Source: a virus
Taxonomy: Duplodnaviria; Caudoviricetes
Length of the DNA: 47,784 bases
Virus record (IMG/VR): IMGVR_UViG_3300049139_000048
Coordinates: 1-47,784 of that record
Reading direction: 5' to 3' (one strand)
Positions 26,491-36,140 of the stretch are shown in pieces (position 1 is the stretch's first letter; the number at the start of each line of letters is the position of its first letter). The notes beneath the pieces were generated by a model. It saw only the letters and a list, made by a program, of their open reading frames with translations, was not told where the DNA came from and searched no databases. A program made the translations under genes and the position numbers.

Positions 26491-28068
26491 CTAGCTGCTC
26501 GGCTGCTCTTCCGGCTCCCACACCGGGACGACGCGCACGCGCTTACCTGCGCAGATGTCGACCCGGCGGATCAGGCTCGCCAGGATGATCCGCTTCGACT
26601 GCACGCTGATCGTCTCCCACTCGTCGAGCAGCCCCTGCACCACATCGCGGAACGGCTCGGGGCTCTGCGGCGCGGCGTCCTCGCGCGGCAGGGCGTCGAG
26701 CTGCGCCTGCAGCGCGTTCGCCTCGCTCACGAACCGGTCGCGGGTCCGCAGGTACGTGTCGCGCGGGATGTCGCCGAGTGCGTGCCCCTCCGTCGCCCGG
26801 TCGATCGCTGCCGACACCTTCGCTAGCTTCGCCTCGAGCGCCTTGCGCTGCACATCGACGTCCGGGCCCTTGCGTTGACGCGGCAGGACAACCGTCCCGG
26901 CCGCGAGCGCGTCGATCTGATCCCGGACGCCGCGCAGCCACTCGTGCACCTCGCCCTCGACGACCACCCGTCGAATCCACACCGTTGGGTGGTCGACGGC
27001 GTGCCGGGCTCGTGCGAGGCAGTGATAGGCGTAGCACGAGTTGTGATGGTTGTCGTTGATCGGGGAGCTGCCGCACTCTCCGCAGCGGATGAGGCCGGAC
27101 AGCGGGTAGGCGGGTTCGTGGCTGCGAGGCGGGGTGGTGCGGCGCGCCTGCCGGCGTTCCTGGTAAGCGTCCCACTCGTCACCGGTCCAGATCGCCTCAT
27201 GTTCGGCAGGCAGGTGCGTGTAGTGGGGTGGCTTCTGGCAGCGGCCGGGGTCACTGCACTTGACGTCACTGCGGTGGGTGACGAGCAGTCCGGCGCCGAA
27301 GCCGCTGTCGTAGTACCAGCGAACCGTCTGGTCCTGCCACGGCCGGCCGCGAGTGTTGAGCACCCCGAGTTCGTTCCAGCGGGCGGCGATCTTCCCGTAT
27401 CCGACCTTGCCCGATCCGTACTGCTGGATTCCTTCGAGGGACAGCTCTGCAAGGTCGGGGGCGACTTCGTACCGCTCGTCCTGCAGCTTCCACCCGCCTT
27501 GCCCGTCCGGGATCCGGCGCGGGAACCAGGTGTACCCGAACCGCTTCCCGCCCGTGGCAGGCAGGCCCTTGCCGCGACGCAGCTCGTGCGTCTCGCGCCA
27601 CTGCTCGCCGGCGCGGTTGGACTCGAACTCGGCGATGTCGAGCAGCATGCCGCGGGTGAGCCGGCCGACGGCGGTCCGGGGGTCGACGTCCTCGGTCGCG
27701 CTGACGAGGTCGCCGCCGACGTTCTCAATGCGGGCGAGGTTGATGTCGACGCCGTGCCGGTTGCGGCCGAACCGGCTGAACTTCCATGCCCACACCTCGC
27801 GCTCGGGGCGTGCGTCGTCCTCGACGATCTCGATCGCGCGCATCACCTTGCGTTTGAAGTTCCGGCCGGTCGCGTCGGGGTCGACGATCCACTCGGCTAC
27901 GTAGCGGCCGCGGCGGGCGGCGGCGTCCTCGACGACACTCTTCTGAATGTCGACGGAAATCATTTCTTCGCGCCACGTGGAAACGCGAGCGTATCCGATT
28001 ACAGGAATCAGACCGCTCGCGATCGCCTTACCACGGGGCACCTGTTCATAAACCTTCAGGGAGCCCAT
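26491..28068 (-). CDS. int: Large serine integrase
   Basis: IGYARVST catalytic motif, SRFGRN, recombinase domain, Zn ribbon LSGLIRCGECG, coiled coil. Confidence 0.95.
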   Translation of the reverse strand: MGSLKVYEQVPRGKAIASGLIPVIGYARVSTWREEMISVDIQKSVVEDAAARRGRYVAEWIVDPDATGRNFKRKVMRAIEIVEDDARPEREVWAWKFSRFGRNRHGVDINLARIENVGGDLVSATEDVDPRTAVGRLTRGMLLDIAEFESNRAGEQWRETHELRRGKGLPATGGKRFGYTWFPRRIPDGQGGWKLQDERYEVAPDLAELSLEGIQQYGSGKVGYGKIAARWNELGVLNTRGRPWQDQTVRWYYDSGFGAGLLVTHRSDVKCSDPGRCQKPPHYTHLPAEHEAIWTGDEWDAYQERRQARRTTPPRSHEPAYPLSGLIRCGECGSSPINDNHHNSCYAYHCLARARHAVDHPTVWIRRVVVEGEVHEWLRGVRDQIDALAAGTVVLPRQRKGPDVDVQRKALEAKLAKVSAAIDRATEGHALGDIPRDTYLRTRDRFVSEANALQAQLDALPREDAAPQSPEPFRDVVQGLLDEWETISVQSKRIILASLIRRVDICAGKRVRVVPVWEPEEQPSS

Positions 28069-28086
28069 TTCGGTTAATCCTATTTA

Positions 28087-28455
28087 TCAGGCACTGCCGC
28101 CGTGTCGGATGTAGGTCTCGTTCCGAGGTCCGGGCATGGGAAGCACATCCGCACGCCCTTCACTGGCCTCGGCAGTTCCCGACGCCGTGACTGTGTCGAT
28201 CTTTGCTGCTCTCCAACCCATCTCGGTGTACTGCTGCGCCTGCCGCTTGGACAGACTGGCGATGCGCGTCTGATGGGTCATGAGGCGCTCTGTGTCCCGG
28301 CGGTTGCTGACTACGACCACGCCGGTCAGTCCGACGAGCAGCAGAACAAGGCCGATCCGGTATGAGGCGGTGTGGTCGTCGAGTGCGGCGTACGTGATCA
28401 ATGCGGCCCCCACTGCCGCAACCGATCCCGCAACCACTCCTCTGGGCACGTGCAT
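28087..28455 (-). CDS. Two-TM membrane protein, probably co-transcribed with the repressor
   Basis: Two hydrophobic segments then a soluble tail; between repressor and integrase. Confidence 0.7.
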   Translation of the reverse strand: MHVPRGVVAGSVAAVGAALITYAALDDHTASYRIGLVLLLVGLTGVVVVSNRRDTERLMTHQTRIASLSKRQAQQYTEMGWRAAKIDTVTASGTAEASEGRADVLPMPGPRNETYIRHGGSA

Positions 28456-28459
28456 CCGA

Positions 28460-28921
28460 TCACCCTTCCGCGGCAGCACCCCCCGCGGTGCTGTCATTCG
28501 CGTCGTCCTGCTTCCGCAGGCGCCTAACCATGGTCGCGAACCAGTCTCGATCGTCCCTCGGAACGCCGGCCATTACGGCAAGCTCTTCGGGAGTCAAAGT
28601 GTGTCCGGACGATACCCCAAAGTGACTGGATTCGTTCGCCGGATGCTGAAAGTCCGCTTCCGTTGCCTTGCCCGTGCGGACCAGCAACTCATCGAGCGGT
28701 TTCTGCAGGAACCGGGCGAGTGCCACCTGCACTTCGAGGTTGGGGACGGTGCCGCTCAGGATCCGGGTAACCGTCGACGGGGCGATGCCCGCGTCGGCAG
28801 CGAACCGCACCCGGTCCCCCCCTCGGGGCGACTGCACGTCGTAGCCGCGATCGGCGAGTTCGCCGTATAGCCAGGTGAGCCACCCTGGCGCCTTGTCTTC
28901 ATGATCGTCTCGTCTCCGCAT
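28460..28921 (-). CDS. Immunity repressor (XRE HTH)
   Basis: RFAADAGIAPSTVTRILSG HTH; divergent from a Cro-like gene. Confidence 0.8.
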   Translation of the reverse strand: MRRRDDHEDKAPGWLTWLYGELADRGYDVQSPRGGDRVRFAADAGIAPSTVTRILSGTVPNLEVQVALARFLQKPLDELLVRTGKATEADFQHPANESSHFGVSSGHTLTPEELAVMAGVPRDDRDWFATMVRRLRKQDDANDSTAGGAAAEG

Positions 28922-28930
28922 GCGTGCAGG

Positions 28931-29152
28931 CTACCGCTCACGGCAGGAAGTTAGGTCAACCTTCCATCCGTGAAAACACAGGTCAATGACTTACCGGGGC
29001 AACCTTTGGTCGTCTCAGCAGTCTAGGCCCATCTTCGAACACGCGCTCGAATATCGCAATCGCCGGATTGGGTGACGCTGCTTCCTTCCGCGGCAGGAAA
29101 CAACGTGCTACCTTCCCTCCACGGGTCGAACTTCCACCGATGGAAGGAAGCA
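28931..29152. promoter_or_regulatory. Immunity control region with repeated CTTCC-N6-GGAAG-like operators
   Basis: Perfect CTTCCACCGATGGAAG at 29131-29146; variants at 28931, 28961, 29081/29085 and 29112. Confidence 0.6.
29035..29050. promoter_or_regulatory. Putative LexA (SOS) box
   Basis: TCGAACACGCGCTCGA, 1 mismatch to the actinobacterial consensus. Confidence 0.6.
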
Positions 29153-29159
29153 CCGAACG

Positions 29160-29399
29160 ATGAGTATCCACCTGCGCGCCGCGGCATACGCCGACCTCGC
29201 CAAGGCGCACGGCCACCACACCTACGAGCAGCAGGCAGTCGCCGCCGGCCTCGGCATCGCGACGATCCACCGCCTGCGCAAGGGGGGTCCGGCCAGCTCC
29301 ACCGCCGTCGCTGCTCTGTGCAGCCTCTACGGCTGCGAGTTCGCCGACCTCTTCGAGATCCGGACACCCAAGCCCGAGCAGACCTCGGTCGCGGCATGA
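29160..29399 (+). CDS. Cro-like HTH protein
   Basis: QAVAAGLGIATIHRLRKG...FADLFEI; first rightward early gene. Confidence 0.8.
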   Translation: MSIHLRAAAYADLAKAHGHHTYEQQAVAAGLGIATIHRLRKGGPASSTAVAALCSLYGCEFADLFEIRTPKPEQTSVAA

Positions 29400-29617
29400 G
29401 CAGCGAGCAGATCACACGCCTTCGCGCTCTGCAGACCGCAGCGAACGCCCTGGTCGACGCCGTCGCCGAGCGCGCGTCGCAGACACCGCGACAGGCGGCA
29501 GAAGCGGCGTACTACCCCGGGCATCCGCTCGGGTCAGTCGACGCGATCGAGGCCGAGATCGTCCGCCGGCGCGAGCTGCAGTCGGCCGGGCCGGCTGCCG
29601 TTCCGCAAGCGGCATAG
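29396..29617 (+). CDS. Hypothetical protein
   Basis: ATGA coupling. Confidence 0.6.
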   Translation: MSSEQITRLRALQTAANALVDAVAERASQTPRQAAEAAYYPGHPLGSVDAIEAEIVRRRELQSAGPAAVPQAA

Positions 29618-29704
29618 GGCCGTACGTCAAGGGGCCGCCCCGTCCGACCGGAGCGACCCCAAGAGGCCCGCACCTACCAACCCCAAGGAAGAGAGGCACG
29701 AGCC

Positions 29705-30064
29705 ATGAGCGCTCAGCCTACCGAAACACCACCCCCGGACGTATCCGCCGCGATCAGTGACAACCGTCTCGCCGTGCAGGTCGTCATCGACGAACTCGCC
29801 CTGCCCGCGCCGACGCTGGTCGCCCGCCCGCTGCTCGTGCACATCACGCTCGCCGACGTCGACGACCTCGCCGAGTGGCTGCTCGCCCTCGGCGGGCACG
29901 TCACCCGCAGCGTGCAGAACCCGGCCGCCGGTGCGTCGCTGTGGACCCTGCGCACCGAAACCCCGGTGCGGGCGAACGGGCGGGCCGTGGCGATCCACGT
30001 GCACTGTCCGGTCGTGTCCGGCGAGGACGTTCTGACCGAGGTGCTGTCGGCGGTGACCGAATGA
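29705..30064 (+). CDS. Hypothetical protein
   Basis: GAGAGG RBS; operon coupling. Confidence 0.65.
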   Translation: MSAQPTETPPPDVSAAISDNRLAVQVVIDELALPAPTLVARPLLVHITLADVDDLAEWLLALGGHVTRSVQNPAAGASLWTLRTETPVRANGRAVAIHVHCPVVSGEDVLTEVLSAVTE

Positions 30065-30444
30065 CGATCACCGACCCGTTTACGGCCCCCGGCCGCAACC
30101 GGCCCGCCCCGTCCCCGGCCGCTGTCGCCCTCGCGGTGCAGTGCCGCAAGGCGAAAGCGCTCGCCGACACCGCCCCGGCCCGGTTCGCCGACATGCCCGC
30201 CCCCGCGCCGACCGCGTCGGCCGCCGGCGGCGAGGTTCAGCTCGTCGTACGCCCGCGTTCGATCACGGACTGGGACCGGTGGACGCGCGAGCTCGGCGCG
30301 ACCGACCAGCGGCGCACGACGCACACCGGTGCGGCGACGATCGCCCGCTGCGTGGTCGGCGGCGTCCGGGTCCGGCTGATCGGCGAGGGCGTGCCGGCGC
30401 TGCTCTCCGAGCACGACCGCCGTGCGGGGGTGCGCCGTGGCTGA
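30061..30444 (+). CDS. Hypothetical protein
   Basis: ATGA coupling. Confidence 0.6.
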   Translation: MTITDPFTAPGRNRPAPSPAAVALAVQCRKAKALADTAPARFADMPAPAPTASAAGGEVQLVVRPRSITDWDRWTRELGATDQRRTTHTGAATIARCVVGGVRVRLIGEGVPALLSEHDRRAGVRRG

Positions 30445-30940
30445 GTGCACCCATGGACGGCTGATCACGGTTGACGCCTGCTTCGGCTGCGACAAGGCGG
30501 CGAAGACACCGCACAAGAGCGACATGGAGTGGGTTCGCCCCCTCGACGGTAAGCCTGCGTTCCAGCGGTGCCGCGAGTGCGGGCAGCCGGCCGGACATGC
30601 CTCGCACTGGACCGAGACCGGGCAGCCGGTTGACGGGCCGTACACGGTGACGGTCGGCGAGACGGACAGCGTGGTTTCCCTCGACGTGACCGCGTTCGTG
30701 ACGGACCTGGTGACGACCCTCGCGCAAGGCGCGCTCGCCGCCGACTTCTGCGACCTGATCGACATGTACGAGACGGCGTCGACGCACGACGGGCACGACC
30801 GCGAGCAGATGCTCGTCGAGCGGCTCGTCGAGGCTCTGCCGACGCGGCTGCCGCTGTATCCGGCCCGTGCTGCTGCGCTCGCCGACGAGATGCGCGGGCT
30901 CGCCCTGCGGCTCATGAGCGCGAGGACGGGTGCGGCATGA
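30437..30940 (+). CDS. Hypothetical protein with Cys/His motifs
   Basis: Overlapping start; CFGC, CREC...H. Confidence 0.6.
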   Translation: MAECTHGRLITVDACFGCDKAAKTPHKSDMEWVRPLDGKPAFQRCRECGQPAGHASHWTETGQPVDGPYTVTVGETDSVVSLDVTAFVTDLVTTLAQGALAADFCDLIDMYETASTHDGHDREQMLVERLVEALPTRLPLYPARAAALADEMRGLALRLMSARTGAA

Positions 30941-31557
30941 AGAACGAACTGCTGCTCACCTTCGCCCGCGGGATCGTGTGGCGCACGTGGATGACCAGTG
31001 GCGACGACCTCGCATCGTCCGCGGTGCAGGCGTTCATCGACGAGGGGATGCTCGTCGAGCCGGGCGGCGCCGCCGAGTTGGAGGACCGCCGGAAGCGACT
31101 GCCCGAGGTTTTGGAGCAGCTGCGCCGGTCGCGTCAGGAAGCCAAGGGGCGCGAGGCGTACGGGAAGCTGCTGAAGATCGAGAACGCCGGGCTGCGGGCC
31201 GAGAACCGTCGGCACATCACGGCGAACCTCGAAGCGGCCGAGCGGGCGCAACGCGAGATCGAGACTCTGCGCGCCCGGGTCGCCGAGTTGGAGCGGCCGG
31301 CGATCGAGGCGCAGCGTAACGAGATCCGCGACGTGCTCAACACCTCGCGCGCCGAGGCCGAGCAGGGCCGCGACTTCGAGGGCGCCGCAACCGTCGCCCA
31401 GCAGCTCGACGCGTACGAGGCCAAGTGGGCGGCCGAGGACGCGCCGCCCGCCCCGCCGCGGGGCGCATCCGAGATCAAGCACCCGGCGATAAGGCGTACC
31501 CGCGCCCACTTCGCCGAGAACCCGCTGCCCGAGCAGCGACAGGGAGGTGCGGCGTGA
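30937..31557 (+). CDS. Coiled-coil hypothetical protein
   Basis: ATGA coupling; LRARVAELE heptads. Confidence 0.65.
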   Translation: MKNELLLTFARGIVWRTWMTSGDDLASSAVQAFIDEGMLVEPGGAAELEDRRKRLPEVLEQLRRSRQEAKGREAYGKLLKIENAGLRAENRRHITANLEAAERAQREIETLRARVAELERPAIEAQRNEIRDVLNTSRAEAEQGRDFEGAATVAQQLDAYEAKWAAEDAPPAPPRGASEIKHPAIRRTRAHFAENPLPEQRQGGAA

Positions 31558-32048
31558 ACCGCATGAACATTCTCGCCGCCGGGATCCGGTGGCTGTACGG
31601 CACCGAGCAGCCCGACGGAGCGATTCAGCAGCACCTCGGGATCAGCATCCCGGACGTCCCGGCGAACCGGCTGTACGGCTTCTGCCCGTCCGGGTCCGGT
31701 GCTCTGCCGGTCGTGTCCGTGCAGGTGTCCCGCCCCGTGTTCTCGCGGCCGGGCCCGTACGGCGAGATCGTGAACGGGATCGGGCTGCACGAGCTCGACG
31801 ACATTCGGGCCGAGCTCGCGGTGCTCGACGTCGAGGTGTCGCACACGTGGAACGGGCACCCCGGTATCTCGGGCAGCCTCGGGCTCACGGTCGAGGCGCA
31901 CCCGTCGCTGCTCGCGGCGGTGGCCCGGTACCGGGCCGGCTGCCCCAACCACCCGGGCAAGATCCTGTGTAGCTGGGACGGCTGCCCCTGGTTCGGCACG
32001 GGCGACGCGCTGATCGTCCGGCCGACCCTGGTCGGCGGTGCGGTGTGA
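31554..32048 (+). CDS. Hypothetical protein
   Basis: GGAGG RBS, GTGA coupling. Confidence 0.6.
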   Translation: MNRMNILAAGIRWLYGTEQPDGAIQQHLGISIPDVPANRLYGFCPSGSGALPVVSVQVSRPVFSRPGPYGEIVNGIGLHELDDIRAELAVLDVEVSHTWNGHPGISGSLGLTVEAHPSLLAAVARYRAGCPNHPGKILCSWDGCPWFGTGDALIVRPTLVGGAV

Positions 32049-32656
32049 GCGCCCGCGAGCGGGTCCTCGCCGCCCTCGAAGGGGCGCCCGAAGTTCGACC
32101 CGGCACCGCCGAGCAGCTCGTCGCCGACCTGGTCGCCGAAGTGCTGCACGAGACGCCGCTGTACCTCGCCGAGTACGACAGCGTCGAATCCGAGGTGCAC
32201 CTGACCCTCGACGATGCCCGCGACTTCTGCGACGACATCGCCAAGACCGTCGGCTACGGCCAGTGCTGGGACTGGTCCCGGAACGAAGACGGCGTGTACG
32301 TCCAGTTCTGGACGCACGCCGACGACGACCGGCCGCTGCACCTCACGGGCGGCACGGTCACCGAGGTTCGGGTGCAGCGCTCGGCGGGCGAGCAGGGGAA
32401 GGGCACCCGCGAGGGCGAGCTCACCCCGGCCCGCCGGTCGTCGATGCGGCTCGCCGCGTTCCTCGCCGGTGCGCACAACGGTCGGGCCATGATGGGCGGT
32501 GCCGCCCTGACCGTGACGGCGCCCGAGTGCGACGACTGCGGCTCGGGCCCCGCCGCCTGCGGGCACTGCCCCACCTGCGACGTCTGCCTCGACTGTCACG
32601 AGTGCTCCATCGGCGACGGATGCAAGTGCCGCTGCTCGATGGGCGGTGCCTCATGA
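32045..32656 (+). CDS. Hypothetical protein with Cys-rich C-terminus
   Basis: GTGA coupling; about 11 Cys in the last 40 aa. Confidence 0.6.
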   Translation: MSARERVLAALEGAPEVRPGTAEQLVADLVAEVLHETPLYLAEYDSVESEVHLTLDDARDFCDDIAKTVGYGQCWDWSRNEDGVYVQFWTHADDDRPLHLTGGTVTEVRVQRSAGEQGKGTREGELTPARRSSMRLAAFLAGAHNGRAMMGGAALTVTAPECDDCGSGPAACGHCPTCDVCLDCHECSIGDGCKCRCSMGGAS

Positions 32657-33063
32657 GTGCCGAGCACCGTCGCGCCGCTGTCACGGTGGCTGACCGCGCC
32701 ACCGGCCCGGACGATCTGCGGCTGTTGCTCGCCATGCTCGGGCTCGACGCGCTGGCACCGAAGCCAACGCGTCGTCCTGGTCGGCCGCCGGTCGACCACG
32801 GGCACGGCGACTACCGCACGTACAAGAAGGGCTGCCGCTGCGCCGCATGCCGTGACGCCCACCGGAACTACTGCGCAGGGCAGCGCTCCGTCCGCAAGCA
32901 AGAGCCGTCGTCCGCCGACCGTGCCGGGCACGGCAAGCCGTCGACGTACAAGAACCACGGCTGCCGGTGCACGCCCTGCTCGAAGGCGAACACGGCAGAC
33001 GTCGCCGCCTACCGGGCCCGGCGCCGCGAACGTGAACTGGCCGAGACGGGCGGTGCCCAGTGA
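32653..33063 (+). CDS. Hypothetical protein with two HG...Y...GCRC..C motifs
   Basis: HGDYRTYKKGCRCAAC and HGKPSTYKNHGCRCTPC. Confidence 0.65.
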   Translation: MSAEHRRAAVTVADRATGPDDLRLLLAMLGLDALAPKPTRRPGRPPVDHGHGDYRTYKKGCRCAACRDAHRNYCAGQRSVRKQEPSSADRAGHGKPSTYKNHGCRCTPCSKANTADVAAYRARRRERELAETGGAQ

Positions 33064-33893
33064 CCGACCCGAAATGGGCAGTCGCAACCGAGCGGGGTCG
33101 CTACTACCGCGACCCCGCCGGGGGCCCCGACCTGATCAGCGTCACGAACGTCCTCGACGCCGGCGTGAACAAATCGTTCGCGCTCATGCCGTGGGGCGCC
33201 GGACTCGTCGCCGACCACATCATCGCCGACCCGATCAACACCGCCCGCCGGGCCCGGACCGAGCCGACCGCGCTGCGCCGCGAGCTCGTCGCCGTGCCCC
33301 GCGGCCGTTCCGACAAGGCGAAGAACCTCGGCACCCGCGTGCACAACCGGGCGCAGGCGCTCGTGCTCGGTGTGCCGTACCCGGCCGATCCCGAGGTCGA
33401 GCCGTACGCGCAGCAGCTCGCGAAGTGGTTCCGCCTGTGGCGCGTCGACTTCGAGCGCGACGTGATCGCCGTCGAGTCGACCGTGCTCAACCGCAAGTGC
33501 GGCTACGCCGGCACCGGCGATCTGTGGATTTGGCTCGGCACCGGGCCGCACCGGCGGCGGCAGCCGTGGCTCATCGACTACAAGAGCAGCGCGACCAAAC
33601 CGGCGACGACGGTCTACGACGAGCAGCCGCTGCAGCTCGCCGCGCTGCGTCACGCGCCGGTGCTGCTGCTGCCGGACGACACCGACGAGCCCGCCCCGAA
33701 AGTGCTGCGCACGGGGCTGCTGAACCTGCGGCCGCGGTCGCACCGGCTGATCGAGGTGCCGTCGGGCCCGGCGCAGTTCCGGGCGTTCCTCGGCGCGCTG
33801 CGCACGGCCCGGTACCTGCACACCGCGCCGGCCTCTTACGACACGATCCTGCCGCCGTGGGCGCCGGGGTCTCCCGAGCGAAAGGCAGCCTGA
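33060..33893 (+). CDS. PD-(D/E)XK exonuclease (RecE/Cas4-like phage nuclease)
   Basis: SVTNVL, GTRVH, YAGTGDL, IDYKS, QLAA. Confidence 0.85.
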   Translation: MTDPKWAVATERGRYYRDPAGGPDLISVTNVLDAGVNKSFALMPWGAGLVADHIIADPINTARRARTEPTALRRELVAVPRGRSDKAKNLGTRVHNRAQALVLGVPYPADPEVEPYAQQLAKWFRLWRVDFERDVIAVESTVLNRKCGYAGTGDLWIWLGTGPHRRRQPWLIDYKSSATKPATTVYDEQPLQLAALRHAPVLLLPDDTDEPAPKVLRTGLLNLRPRSHRLIEVPSGPAQFRAFLGALRTARYLHTAPASYDTILPPWAPGSPERKAA

Positions 33894-33895
33894 TC

Positions 33896-34987
33896 ATGGG
33901 CTCCCGCATCAAGACCATGCAGAAGCAGGCGGCCGAGCTCGGTCGCATCCGCACCGGCTACAGCCGGCCGAACCCGAAGCCCGACGGGCGCCCGATCCCC
34001 GTCAAGAGCAAGACGTTCGTGCTCAGCAGCCACTCGCGCGAGTACGTCGAGCGGGCCGCCGAACTGTACGGCGGCACCGTCGAGGAATGGACGCCGCAGG
34101 GGCAGAAGATCGCGCAGTACCGGGTCATCACCGACGCGACCGAGCTGCGGGCGATCCTGCCCGCCGGCGACCCGCTGTCACAGAACTATGAACGGTGGTC
34201 GGGCGGTGGATGCGACCGGCGCTGCGACGGAGAGACGGAGCAGCTGTCACGGCAGCCGTGCCGCTGCTTCGCGCAGTACGGGCCCGACTGGCACGAGCAG
34301 AACGAGGTCAAGCAAGGGTCGGTATGCAAGCCGACGAGCCGCATCGGTGTGTTCCTGCCCGACCTGCCCGACCTCGGCGTGTGGCGACTGGAATCGAAGA
34401 GTCACTACGCGGCCGACGTCATGGCCGGCGGTATCGACACGGTGCTGCAGGCGACCGGCGGCAAGGGCCTGATGCCTGTGCGGATGTGGATCGAGCAGCG
34501 CACGGCGGTGCGGCGGGGTAAGACGAAGCAGTTCCCCGTCGTGATGCTCGTGCCGTCGCTGCCGACGCTGCGGCAGGCGCTTTCTGGGCCGTTGTCGACC
34601 GCCGCGGCGCTCAATGGTGGGACGGTCGTCGACCGTCCGGCGATCGAGGCGGCACGCCCTGACTACGTGGCCGAGGCACGGGCGTGCCGGACGGTCGAGG
34701 CGGCACGGGAGGTGTGGCACCGGGCGAACCGTGCGGGGCACGTCGACCCGAAGGGCGCCGACGAACTGTCGCAGCAGCTCGTGCAGATCGCCCGGGACAT
34801 CGAGGCCGGGGTCGACACGCACACGGGCGAGCTCGGCGACCAGGACGACGAGCAGACGGGGCCGGACGACGACGTCATCGACGCCGAGTTCGTCGAGGAC
34901 GGCGACGACCAGGGCGACGACGAGCCGCCGGCCGCGTTCCCGTCCGCGTCGTGGCCGACCGTGGCGACGCCGGGGGGTGGACGGTGA
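33896..34987 (+). CDS. Recombination directionality factor-like protein (phiC31 gp3-like)
   Basis: ELGRIRTG, W.GGGC.RRCDG, CKPTSR, GVWRL.S.S..AA, FPVV; acidic tail. Confidence 0.7.
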   Translation: MGSRIKTMQKQAAELGRIRTGYSRPNPKPDGRPIPVKSKTFVLSSHSREYVERAAELYGGTVEEWTPQGQKIAQYRVITDATELRAILPAGDPLSQNYERWSGGGCDRRCDGETEQLSRQPCRCFAQYGPDWHEQNEVKQGSVCKPTSRIGVFLPDLPDLGVWRLESKSHYAADVMAGGIDTVLQATGGKGLMPVRMWIEQRTAVRRGKTKQFPVVMLVPSLPTLRQALSGPLSTAAALNGGTVVDRPAIEAARPDYVAEARACRTVEAAREVWHRANRAGHVDPKGADELSQQLVQIARDIEAGVDTHTGELGDQDDEQTGPDDDVIDAEFVEDGDDQGDDEPPAAFPSASWPTVATPGGGR

Positions 34988-35346
34988 CTGCGACCTATGA
35001 CGAAGTGCTGATCTCGCTCGGCATGAAGCCGTCGGTGCGGCCCTACAACGATCAGCCGCTGTGCGGCACGTACTCGGGTTACAACTCGCACCTGAACAAG
35101 GGCGAGGAACCGTGCGGGGACTGCCGCGAGGCGAACAACGACTACAAGCGTCGGCGCTACACGGCGCCGAAGGACCCGGCGCGGTTGCAGCCCATCGAGC
35201 ACGGCACGCCGAAGGGTGCGCGGCAGCACTGGTACCGCCGGGAGACGCCGTGTGACGCATGCCGTGTCGCCTACTACACGTGGCACAAGCCACGGCAGCG
35301 CGAGCGCTACGCCCGTCGGGCGAAGGTTCGGGGCGGTGGTCGGTGA
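34984..35346 (+). CDS. Hypothetical protein with two (C/H)GT..G...H...E.PC..CR.A motifs
   Basis: CGTYSGYNSHLNKGEEPCGDCREA and HGTPKGARQHWYRRETPCDACRVA. Confidence 0.65.
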   Translation: MTATYDEVLISLGMKPSVRPYNDQPLCGTYSGYNSHLNKGEEPCGDCREANNDYKRRRYTAPKDPARLQPIEHGTPKGARQHWYRRETPCDACRVAYYTWHKPRQRERYARRAKVRGGGR

Positions 35347-36140
35347 TGTGGCACCGCAACAGGCTGTGTGCGTTCGACCTTGAGACGACCGGGGTCGACG
35401 TCGAGCAGGACCGCATCGTGACCGCCGCAGTGATCGGCGTCGGCGGCGACCAGCCGACCGACGCGAGCGAGTGGCTCGCCGACCCCGGCATCGAGATTCC
35501 CGAAGGTGCGACGGCCGTGCACGGCATCACGACCGAGCACGCCCGCAAGCACGGTTCACCGGCCCGGCAGGTCGTCGATGAGATCGCCGCGGCGCTCGTC
35601 GCCGACTCCCGCAAGGGGGCGGTGATCGTCGGGCACAACGTGGCCTACGACCTGACGCTGCTCGACCGCGAGTGCAGGCGGCACGAGCTGCCGACGCTCG
35701 TCGACCGGGTCGGCGACCGGCCGCCGTACGTGATCGACACCCGTGTGCTCGACACGCACTGTTCGCCGTACCGCAAGCGGGTGTCGGAGACGCAGGGCCC
35801 ACGGCAGTTGATCACCCTCGCGCAGGTCTACGAGCTGCCGTGGAACGAGAGCGAAGCGCACGGCTGCGCGTATGACGCGCTCATGGCCGCGCGGATCGCG
35901 TACCGGATCGGGGTCCTCGCCCATATGCGGCGCTCCGACTGGCCCGAGTCGATCCGGTTCAGCAAGCGGCCCCGCTTCCACGAGCTGAAAGACCTCGATC
36001 TCGCGCAGCTGCACGAGCTGCAGGTGAAGCTCGCCGCCGAGCAGGCGGCCGGGCTGCAAGAGCACTTCCGCAAGACCAACCCCGACGCCGTCGTCGACGG
36101 CTCATGGCCGATGCGCCCGATGGAGGCCGACCGTGTCTGA
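35346..36140 (+). CDS. DnaQ-like DEDDh 3'-5' exonuclease
   Basis: FDLETTG, HGIT, GHNVAYDL, AHGCAYDA. Confidence 0.9.
   Translation: MWHRNRLCAFDLETTGVDVEQDRIVTAAVIGVGGDQPTDASEWLADPGIEIPEGATAVHGITTEHARKHGSPARQVVDEIAAALVADSRKGAVIVGHNVAYDLTLLDRECRRHELPTLVDRVGDRPPYVIDTRVLDTHCSPYRKRVSETQGPRQLITLAQVYELPWNESEAHGCAYDALMAARIAYRIGVLAHMRRSDWPESIRFSKRPRFHELKDLDLAQLHELQVKLAAEQAAGLQEHFRKTNPDAVVDGSWPMRPMEADRV

Noticed and set aside
33060-33893. Cas4-like nuclease as a cas gene serving the mini-array
   Set aside because: It lies 10 kb away in the recombination operon, lacks the four-Cys Fe-S pattern and is a common phage exonuclease
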